From: Anaerolineae bacterium
GTDB taxonomy: Bacteria; Chloroflexota; Anaerolineae; UBA1429
Length of the DNA stretch: 64,000 nt
NCBI GenBank assembly: GCA_963675785.1
Contig: OY776562.1
Span: 1,312,001 to 1,376,000, forward strand
Reading direction: 5' to 3'
The position numbers were made by a program, and so were the translations under genes. The notes beneath the pieces were generated by a model, which was not told where the DNA came from, searched no databases, and worked only from the letters and a program-made list of their open reading frames with translations. Positions 56,540-64,000 of this stretch are shown piece after piece (position 1 is the stretch's first letter; the number at the start of each line of letters is the position of its first letter).

Positions 56540-58195
56540 ATGACAAACCGATGCATTGGTCGTGTGACAGCCACAGAGAATGCCCCAACCAGCTGCGATT
56601 CGCTGCAATTCTGGGTCGACGCTGATGTCATACTCAAACCCTTCGACATTGTTCGTGTAGAGCAAAGAGGACGGGACCCGTCCGAGACAAGCCACACCTA
56701 TGCCATCGTGACCGGCCTGTCCTACATCACGGACAGCGCAAGCCATCTGGCAAACTATGTATCCGCAGACTTTGGAGATGTGAGCCAACATGCCGTGAAC
56801 AAGCGCATGGGCACGGCGATCGCTTTCGCGGACGTGCTCTACAACAACGCCGAGATCGAGATGCCCGTTGTCGATGGTGCCGCTGTCGAATGGGCCGACG
56901 AAGAAGGAATCCGCGAAGCCCTCGGCATCAACAGCTACAGATACCCCATTCCCGCCGGCTATATAAGAACCTCAAATGGCATCGAAGTCCCCGTGGATTT
57001 GGAGGCGGACTATCTGCTTGGCCCAGAAGGAGCCCATCTCAACATCGCAGGGATATCTGGACTGGCTACTAAGACTTCGTACGCCATGTTCCTCCTCAGC
57101 TCAGTCCAGCAACGGCGGGCCGACCAGGTATCTATGATCATCTTCAACGTCAAGGGGCAAGACCTCCTTGCAATCAATGAGCCAAACGACGATCTGACAG
57201 AAGCCCAGCGGCTGGATTGGACACGGTGCGGACTCGACCCAGTGCCGTTCCGAGATGTGCGGTTCCTGTACCCATATAGTCGTAGCGCTACGCAGAACCA
57301 CACAACATCCCACGTTTCGCGAACGACCCTCGAACGACAGAAAGATCAGGGGATAGCACGTAACTACTACTATGATGTGCAGACGGCAATTCCAAAGCTT
57401 TCCTACTTGTTCGCAGACGTGGATGACTCGACTTCGACAATGCAATCAATTGCTGCCGAGATTGCGGAGTGGGAAGATATATCGGAATGGTCAGAATTAT
57501 TTACGAAGGTTGCAAATCGTACTAAATCCGGATCAGGACAAGATAAATCGATTGCAATTGCCTCTTGGAGGAAATTCAACAGAATATTGACAGCACGCTC
57601 TAAAAGCGATCTATTCTGTGAAAAAAGCATAATAAATCAAAAAGAGGAACGACAGGAGACAATCGAGGATGCTGTCAGCTCACTCCGTGGGGGACAGGTT
57701 CTGGTCATTGATATCGAACCGCTTCCTGACCACCTGCAACGCCTGGTCTTTGGAGACGTCATCAAGACCATCTATGGTATCAAGCTGAATGAGCGCGATG
57801 ACGTGTTACCTGATGATTTGGGTCACGTCATCATCTTTGCCGATGAATTGAACAAATACGCACCCGGTACCTCAGGCGCCAACACTAGTTCTCTGACTGC
57901 CAATATTCTCGAGGTTACCGAGCGTGGAAGGTCCCTTGGCACCGTGCTTTTCGGCGCAGAGCAATTTCGCACCGGAGTCCACGATAGAGTCCTGGGTAAC
58001 TGCAGCACAAATGTGTACGGAAGAACCAGTCCAGTCGAGATCGCCAAGTGCCCAGACTACAAGTACTTCCCCAACACCTACAAGAATGCGGTCACGCGCT
58101 TGCCAAAGGGCACCCTCTTGCTGCAGCACGCGCTGTTCCGCGCAGCACTCATCAAAGTTAGCTTCCCCTTCCCATGCTACTATCAGCCAAAGTAA
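56540..58195 (+). CDS. HerA-like (FtsK/HerA) ATPase
   Basis: N-terminal HAS barrel; HLNIAGISGLATKTS Walker A variant, IFNVKG.D, IFADELNKYAP Walker B, ERGRSLG..LFGAEQ. Confidence 0.85.
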   Translation: MTNRCIGRVTATENAPTSCDSLQFWVDADVILKPFDIVRVEQRGRDPSETSHTYAIVTGLSYITDSASHLANYVSADFGDVSQHAVNKRMGTAIAFADVLYNNAEIEMPVVDGAAVEWADEEGIREALGINSYRYPIPAGYIRTSNGIEVPVDLEADYLLGPEGAHLNIAGISGLATKTSYAMFLLSSVQQRRADQVSMIIFNVKGQDLLAINEPNDDLTEAQRLDWTRCGLDPVPFRDVRFLYPYSRSATQNHTTSHVSRTTLERQKDQGIARNYYYDVQTAIPKLSYLFADVDDSTSTMQSIAAEIAEWEDISEWSELFTKVANRTKSGSGQDKSIAIASWRKFNRILTARSKSDLFCEKSIINQKEERQETIEDAVSSLRGGQVLVIDIEPLPDHLQRLVFGDVIKTIYGIKLNERDDVLPDDLGHVIIFADELNKYAPGTSGANTSSLTANILEVTERGRSLGTVLFGAEQFRTGVHDRVLGNCSTNVYGRTSPVEIAKCPDYKYFPNTYKNAVTRLPKGTLLLQHALFRAALIKVSFPFPCYYQPK

Positions 58196-58210
58196 GAGGA
58201 CAAAGCGAGC

Positions 58211-59788
58211 ATGCAAGAATCAGAAGTCAGGATTGGCGCCTATTTGCTTGAGATCATCACCACTGGCATGTATACCAACCCGCTCGACACAGTCCGAGAA
58301 TACATCCAGAACAGCACAGACTCACTGCTGGAGGCCGTGCGTGAGGGGAAGGTTGACCGCGACAAGGCCCGCATAAGGGTTGCGTTCGACCCGCGAAGCC
58401 GCAACCTTTCCGTGCGAGATGAAGGTATGGGAATACCTGCCGATGAGGTAAGTGCCCGTCTGGTAAGTGTCGGAATATCCAATAAGAAGATCGGGGTTGA
58501 CGCCGGCTTTCGAGGCATTGGCCGCCTGGCTGGAACGGCGTTCTGCCGCAAGCTCATGTATGAGACCAGTGCCATCGGTGAGGACATCATATCTCGAGTG
58601 GAATTCGACTGCGAGGGTATGCGGCAGGCGGTTGCGAGGCGAGATGCGAGTCAGGCTGAGCTAGCCTCCGTGATAGCCAGCAACACAATGGTCTTTCAGG
58701 ATTCCACCAGTCTGCGAAACGAGCACTATTGTACAGTGCAAATGGTCGATATCGGTGATGATCATGGGGTGTTTCTTGACCGCAAGGCTTTGACCGACTA
58801 CCTTAGAGAGGTGGCTCCGGTGGCGTTTGACCAGCAATGGTTCTGTTACGCACCGAGAATTGTCGAGTGGACTTGCGAGCAAGGCATTGACCTTCCTGAA
58901 GTGACACTCGTCCTCGAAGAAACTGGCGGCAACAGCGTGCAGATATTCAAGCCCTACAGCACCCTGGAAACAAGTCGCAGCATGCGTGATGGGAATCACG
59001 AGATGCACATCACCGGCGTAGAGTTCTTGCAGGACTCCGGGCCACAGCCGAGGTACTGGGGATGGATAGGCAAGAGCAAGCTCGAAGGTCAGATTGGCAA
59101 CAACCTGACTCGTGGACTCCGTTTTCGTATGCACAACATCTCCATCGGTGAAGAAGCCGTAAGCAACCGATTCTTCAGGGAATGCAATGTAGCTTCGCGC
59201 TTCAATGGCTATTTTGTCGGAGAGATCCATATAATCGATGACCGCGTGCTGCCGAACGCAAGGAGGGATTGGTTCGAAAACAACCCGACCTGGCAGGCCA
59301 TAAGCAATGATCTAGGACGACAAGTCAAGCAGCTCGAAAAACGTGTGAGAGTCGTCTCTACAGAGAGAAACTCAAAGCCGGCCAAGGCGGCGGCGCGCGC
59401 AGCGCGCCTTATCACAAAATACAAGGATACCTCTCAAGAGAGCTCTTCCGCTCCGCCGCATGTCATCACACACGCCGAAGCTAGACAGGCAATGGAGGAT
59501 ATCGGTGACAGCATCCGCGGCATCGATGATTCCAGACCAGTTCCCGGGAAGAGCTATGCCGGCTACAGCCCAGACCAACTCCGGGAGCAACTGGAGTACC
59601 TAAGGTCGCAGATAGGGTCCCAGACCAACGGGACAGTGGCCCTGGCGTCTTGGCTTGACAAGAAGCAGCGCAAAGTTATCACCACACTGCTTGACACACT
59701 TCATTCAAGACTTGATGCTGAACCATATCGAATTGCCAAGGAAACCGTGCTTGAGCTCTACGGTCCTAACGCCAGAAAGAATCAATGA
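58211..59788 (+). CDS. GHKL (Hsp90/MORC-like) ATPase
   Basis: G.Y.N....REYIQNS.D (N box), RDEGMGI (G1), GFRGIGRLA (G2), GEIH...PNARRD.F. Confidence 0.85.
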   Translation: MQESEVRIGAYLLEIITTGMYTNPLDTVREYIQNSTDSLLEAVREGKVDRDKARIRVAFDPRSRNLSVRDEGMGIPADEVSARLVSVGISNKKIGVDAGFRGIGRLAGTAFCRKLMYETSAIGEDIISRVEFDCEGMRQAVARRDASQAELASVIASNTMVFQDSTSLRNEHYCTVQMVDIGDDHGVFLDRKALTDYLREVAPVAFDQQWFCYAPRIVEWTCEQGIDLPEVTLVLEETGGNSVQIFKPYSTLETSRSMRDGNHEMHITGVEFLQDSGPQPRYWGWIGKSKLEGQIGNNLTRGLRFRMHNISIGEEAVSNRFFRECNVASRFNGYFVGEIHIIDDRVLPNARRDWFENNPTWQAISNDLGRQVKQLEKRVRVVSTERNSKPAKAAARAARLITKYKDTSQESSSAPPHVITHAEARQAMEDIGDSIRGIDDSRPVPGKSYAGYSPDQLREQLEYLRSQIGSQTNGTVALASWLDKKQRKVITTLLDTLHSRLDAEPYRIAKETVLELYGPNARKNQ

Positions 59789-61176
59789 ACGTACTGATAG
59801 TCGAACCTTCCTACCGATCCAAATACCCCCCTCTTGGCCTAATGAGAATCTCCGCGTGCCACAAGGCACGCGGAGATTGTGTTACCTTCATTCGAGGAAA
59901 GATGCCTGAGATGCGCGTGCCCCAGCGATGGCATCGCATTTATGTGGGGTCCCTTTTCACGTATGAATTGCCTCGTACAGTAGACACTGTCAACTACTAT
60001 GCAGATTGTGTGCCTTCTCCGGGTGATCTTTGGGTGGGTGGCATAGGGGCAACGCTGCTCCCAGAGTATGTAAAAGAACGCGTTCCAGATGGGGTCCATG
60101 TCTTTGAAGGTCCCCTTGATAGGTCCAACATGCTGGGTCTCGGAGAGCCTCCCGTTGCAGAGTGCATTCCCGACTATGCCATGATTGACTCTGTGGAGTA
60201 TGGCTATCGGCCCAGGGATTCGTACTTTATTCGCGTCTCCATCGGGTGCATTCGCAAGTGCCAATTCTGCGCTGTGCGTCTTCTCGAACCGACTTTTGGC
60301 TACCTGCAGAGTGTCCGAGACCAGCTCGATGCCATTGACTCTCAACACGGTGAGCGCCAAAACCTCGTCATCATGGATAACAACATCCTGGCCCTAGAAA
60401 ACCTCGATCTTGTAATCGCCGAAATTCGCGATGAGGGCTTTGCACGAGGTTCAAAGAGAGGCGGGAAGCTAAGGACCGTCGATTGCAACCAGGGCATTGA
60501 TGCCAGGCTCATCAATGAACATATAGCAGAACAACTGTACTCTATTGCGCTTAAGCCAGTCCGGTTGGCTTTCGATAATCTGTCCGTCGAAAAGGACTAC
60601 AGGCGCGCTGTCGCACTGATGGCCAACGCAGGCTTTAAGCAATTTACCACCTATACCATGTTCAACTACAAAGACGACCCGGCAAGCTTCTATCGCCGCC
60701 TCCAGATCGGCCACGAGCTTGGACAAGAGCATGGCGTCAAGATAACGAGCTTCCCGATGCGGTTCATTCCTATCGATGATGTGAACCGACACTATATCTC
60801 GCCGAACTGGAGCTATCGCTGGCTCCGAGGAATCCAGTGTATTCTCCAGGCAACACATGGCATCGTAAGTCCTAGCGTGCCGTTCTTTGAGCGGGCCTTC
60901 GGAGCAACTCTGGATGAATTCTTGGAGATAACGGCCATGCCTGACGACTATATCATCTACCGTGCCAAGAATGAGACGGAAGGTGCTGCCGAATGGCGTA
61001 GTCTCTATCGGAGACTCGCTCCCTCCGAGCGTCGAGCGTTCTTGTCTTGCCTGCAAGATCTCCATGCCAGCGGCGGGGCCAAACGTGCGACAGAGTATCC
61101 AGAGTTCCTGGATCTCCTCGTCCACTACTACCCGGAGATCAGAGAGGGCGTGACAATGCCTCTGCGCCCCGTCTAG
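59785..61176 (+). CDS. Radical SAM protein with N-terminal B12-binding-like domain
   Basis: YPPLGLM.IS, SLFT, VGGI.ATL; GCIRKCQFC (CxxxCxxC), MDNN, NQGIDARL, RLAFD; ATGA overlap with the GHKL gene. Confidence 0.85.
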   Translation: MNVLIVEPSYRSKYPPLGLMRISACHKARGDCVTFIRGKMPEMRVPQRWHRIYVGSLFTYELPRTVDTVNYYADCVPSPGDLWVGGIGATLLPEYVKERVPDGVHVFEGPLDRSNMLGLGEPPVAECIPDYAMIDSVEYGYRPRDSYFIRVSIGCIRKCQFCAVRLLEPTFGYLQSVRDQLDAIDSQHGERQNLVIMDNNILALENLDLVIAEIRDEGFARGSKRGGKLRTVDCNQGIDARLINEHIAEQLYSIALKPVRLAFDNLSVEKDYRRAVALMANAGFKQFTTYTMFNYKDDPASFYRRLQIGHELGQEHGVKITSFPMRFIPIDDVNRHYISPNWSYRWLRGIQCILQATHGIVSPSVPFFERAFGATLDEFLEITAMPDDYIIYRAKNETEGAAEWRSLYRRLAPSERRAFLSCLQDLHASGGAKRATEYPEFLDLLVHYYPEIREGVTMPLRPV

Positions 61177-61266
61177 CCCCATCCTCCGTCCCCAGCACTT
61201 GACACACCCCCTCTCTCCCTCGACAATCAACCTAACCTACTAATATCCCTAAGGAGACCCCCGATC

Positions 61267-62124
61267 ATGATGAAATCCCTCACCGATACTTACACCCTGC
61301 ATAACGGCACACAGATTCCTTGCGTGGGCTTTGGCACCTGGCGTACACCCGATGGCGACGTATGCATCCGTGCCGTCAAGGACGCCATCGCAGCCGGCTA
61401 CCGCCACATCGATACCGCCGCCGCCTATGGCAACGAAGAAAGCGTGGGCGCTGGCATCAAGCAAGCTGGTGTGCCCCGAGAAGAGCTGTTCATCACCACC
61501 AAACTCTGGAACGCACATCACGGCTACGAGGCCACCTGCGCCGCCTTTGAAGACAGCCTGAATCGGCTGGGCCTGGATTACCTTGACCTGTACCTCATCC
61601 ACTGGCCCAACCCAATCAAATTCCGCCACAACTGGCAAGAGACCAACGCCGGAAGCTGGAAGGCCTTTGAAGAGTTCTATGCCGCCGGTCGCATCCGTGC
61701 CATCGGCGTCAGCAATTTCATGCCGCGCCACCTGGATGAACTCATGAAAACCGCCACCATCGCGCCCATGGTCAACCAGATCTTTGTTTGCCCAGGATAC
61801 ACCGAGCCCGAAACCACCGCCTACTGCAAAAAGAACAACATCCTGATCGAGGCCTACAGCCCGCTGGGCTCCGGTGAGCTTCTCGCCAACCCCACGCTGC
61901 AGGCGCTGGCTCAAAAGTACGCCAAGAGCGCGGCGCAAGTCTGCCTGCGCTGGAGCCTGCAGATGGGCTTTTTGCCGCTGCCCAAGTCCGTCACCACCTC
62001 GCGCATCATCGAAAACACCGCCCTGTTCGATTTCGAGCTCTCTGCCGAGGACGTCGACACCCTGTCCAATCTCAAGACCGATTTCTACGGTGTCGCCAAG
62101 AACCCCGACACTGCCACCTGGTAG
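61267..62124 (+). CDS. Aldo/keto reductase (2,5-diketo-D-gluconate reductase-like)
   Basis: GYRHIDTAAAYGNE, FITTKLWN, DLYLIHWP, IGVSNF, LPKS. Confidence 0.93.
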   Translation: MMKSLTDTYTLHNGTQIPCVGFGTWRTPDGDVCIRAVKDAIAAGYRHIDTAAAYGNEESVGAGIKQAGVPREELFITTKLWNAHHGYEATCAAFEDSLNRLGLDYLDLYLIHWPNPIKFRHNWQETNAGSWKAFEEFYAAGRIRAIGVSNFMPRHLDELMKTATIAPMVNQIFVCPGYTEPETTAYCKKNNILIEAYSPLGSGELLANPTLQALAQKYAKSAAQVCLRWSLQMGFLPLPKSVTTSRIIENTALFDFELSAEDVDTLSNLKTDFYGVAKNPDTATW

Positions 62125-62201
62125 CGGCTGTCAGGCCTCCGCACGCACATCCCCCGCTCAAGGCGGGGGATGTTTTTTACCCAACTACTTTCTCCCCCCA
62201 T

Positions 62202-62330
62202 TTGACAGCCCCTCCCCATTCTCCTATAATCTCGTCAGTTTGCCACAGGGCCGCCGCGCTACCCGGCCTCACATACAGCACCCAACGGCGAGTCCCTCGC
62301 GATGACGCGGAACCACAGGACTCGTCTTTT
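62202..62330 (+). promoter_or_regulatory. pyr operon promoter and leader attenuator hairpin
   Basis: TTGACA 62202-17 nt-TATAAT 62225; GGCGAGTCC(62287)...GGACTCGTC-TTTT(62330). Confidence 0.65.
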
Positions 62331-62355
62331 CTTACGCCAACTTGCAGGAGCCACC

Positions 62356-63432
62356 ATGCCCAGCATTCTCATCCCGGGCCTTATTGATGCCCATGTACAC
62401 CTGCGTCAGCCGGGCGCTCCCCACAAAGAGCGCATTGCCACCGGCACCGCGGCCGCCCTCGCCGGCGGCGTCGTTGGCGTTCTCGATATGCCCAACAACA
62501 CACCGCCCCTCCTCACCAGGATGGATTTTTTCCACAAAGTCGATCTTTTCAACGCCCAGGCCGTAAGTGATTACGGTCTTTTTTGTGGCTACCAGGCTGG
62601 GCGCGCTGAGGACGCCTGCGCCGTCGCTCCGCTGGCCATCGGCTGCAAACTCTATTTGGACGAAACCCACAATGCCGGGGGCGATCCTCTCTCCGACGAG
62701 GACCTCGACGCCTTGTTCGCTTCTTGGCCCGGACCCGGCCCCATCGCCATACACGCTTCTTCGGCCAGTATTCGCCGGGTGCTGCGCTTCGCCGAACGCT
62801 ACGACCAGCCCCTGCACGTTTGCCATGTGCCCCATCCCGACGACTTGCTGGTCATCGACGCTGCCCGTCAGGCTGGGGTAAACGTCACTTGCGAGGTAAC
62901 GCCCCATCACCTGCTCCTCACCACCGAGGACGCCGCGCGCCTGGGCCCCCTCGGCCAGATGAAGCCGCCCCTCTTGCCGCCTGAAATCGTCAAGCTCTAC
63001 TGGGAGCGGTTGGACCTGGTGGATATTATCGCCACCGACCACGCCCCCCACACCCTGGAAGAAAAGGCTGGTCCCAACCCGCCGCCAGGTGTGCCTGGGC
63101 TAGAGACCCTGCTGCCCCTCATGCTGCAGGCCGTCCGCGAGGATCGCCTCACCATGGAGCGCCTCATGCGCCTGCTGGTCTATGGGCCAGCCCGCGTCTA
63201 CCACCTCGATCCGCCCGATGCCGAGGTGCGCGTCTCGCTGGAAGAGTATACCCTGCCCGAATTCGGCTACCAGACCCTTTGTGGCTGGAGCCCCTTTGGC
63301 GGGAAAACCGCCTATGGCCGCGTCGAGTCCGTTACCCTGCGCGGCAAGATTGCCTATGAGAACGGCCAGGTGTTTGCCGAGCCAGGCTCGGGCAGGCTCC
63401 TGAGCTGTATTGAACCCGCCGGCCTCGTTTGA
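62356..63432 (+). CDS. pyrC: Dihydroorotase
   Basis: [37 protein letters not shown]. Confidence 0.92.
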   Translation: MPSILIPGLIDAHVHLRQPGAPHKERIATGTAAALAGGVVGVLDMPNNTPPLLTRMDFFHKVDLFNAQAVSDYGLFCGYQAGRAEDACAVAPLAIGCKLYLDETHNAGGDPLSDEDLDALFASWPGPGPIAIHASSASIRRVLRFAERYDQPLHVCHVPHPDDLLVIDAARQAGVNVTCEVTPHHLLLTTEDAARLGPLGQMKPPLLPPEIVKLYWERLDLVDIIATDHAPHTLEEKAGPNPPPGVPGLETLLPLMLQAVREDRLTMERLMRLLVYGPARVYHLDPPDAEVRVSLEEYTLPEFGYQTLCGWSPFGGKTAYGRVESVTLRGKIAYENGQVFAEPGSGRLLSCIEPAGLV

Positions 63433-63475
63433 GGACCGGCGTATTTTTTGCCATGCGTTCATCACTAGAGGAGGT

Positions 63476-64000
63476 ATGCCTGTGGAACCGCCAAGGAATG
63501 GTCTGAAAACTGTGGGCCTCTCGCCCGACCGCGACAACAGCTTTTATGGTCGAGACATCGTATCCGTCAGTCAATTCTCACCGGCCGATCTCACCTACAT
63601 CATCGGCGTCGCCGATGAAATGCGCTCGCTGGTTCGCCGTGTGGGCGCCACCGACCTGCTCAAGGGCCACATTCTGGCCAACCTGTTCTACGAACCCTCC
63701 ACCCGCACCTCGTCCTCCTTTATTGCCGCCATGGAGCGGCTGGGTGGCTCGGTGATCCCCATTCACGGCGTGCAGTACTCTTCGGTCAGCAAGGGTGAAT
63801 CCCTGCCCGATACCATCCGCACCCTCGAATGCTATGCCGATGTCATTGTGCTGCGCCACCCCGAGATAGGTGCTTCCGAAGTGGCCGCCAAGTATGCAAA
63901 CAAGCCGGTCATCTCCGCTGGCGACGGCGTGGGTGAACACCCCACCCAGGGCCTGCTCGATCTCTACACCATCCATGCCGAGCTCGGCACATTGGACGGC
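63476..64000 (+). CDS. pyrB: Aspartate carbamoyltransferase, partial (runs off the window)
   Basis: Translated by hand from ATG 63476: [34 protein letters not shown]. Confidence 0.93.
   Translation, partial: MPVEPPRNGLKTVGLSPDRDNSFYGRDIVSVSQFSPADLTYIIGVADEMRSLVRRVGATDLLKGHILANLFYEPSTRTSSSFIAAMERLGGSVIPIHGVQYSSVSKGESLPDTIRTLECYADVIVLRHPEIGASEVAAKYANKPVISAGDGVGEHPTQGLLDLYTIHAELGTLDG

Overview
64-kb bacterial chromosomal segment, GC-rich with AT-rich islands. It is probably Chloroflexota/Anaerolineae, inferred from C-terminal 'xLPLV/IPLI' sorting motifs, DUF5679- and SWIM-type small proteins and the REP style. All family calls come from motif recognition by eye, with no database searches. Ordinary content: an SdpR/SdpI pair, MscS, a carbohydrate-use cluster (GH31 alpha-xylosidase, GH5, MFS, four oligogalacturonate-lyase-like beta-propeller paralogs), an arsenic-resistance locus, a selB/cell-wall operon, acpS, pyrC and a partial pyrB. 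The most notable observations are four. (1) A tightly coupled four-gene operon (55.4-61.2 kb) encodes a NurA-like nuclease, a HerA-like ATPase, a GHKL/MORC-like ATPase and a B12-type radical SAM enzyme, and is a candidate undescribed DNA-modification/anti-phage system. (2) A WYL regulator is fused directly into a type I-C CRISPR repeat-spacer-repeat remnant, which looks like the scar of a microhomology-mediated deletion of a cas locus. (3) A tandem ~300-bp highly structured non-coding element (22.8-23.4 kb) begins with a hairpin homologous to the REP elements flanking a Y1 (HUH) transposase at 30 kb. (4) An AT-rich DUF4238 island lies next to that element.
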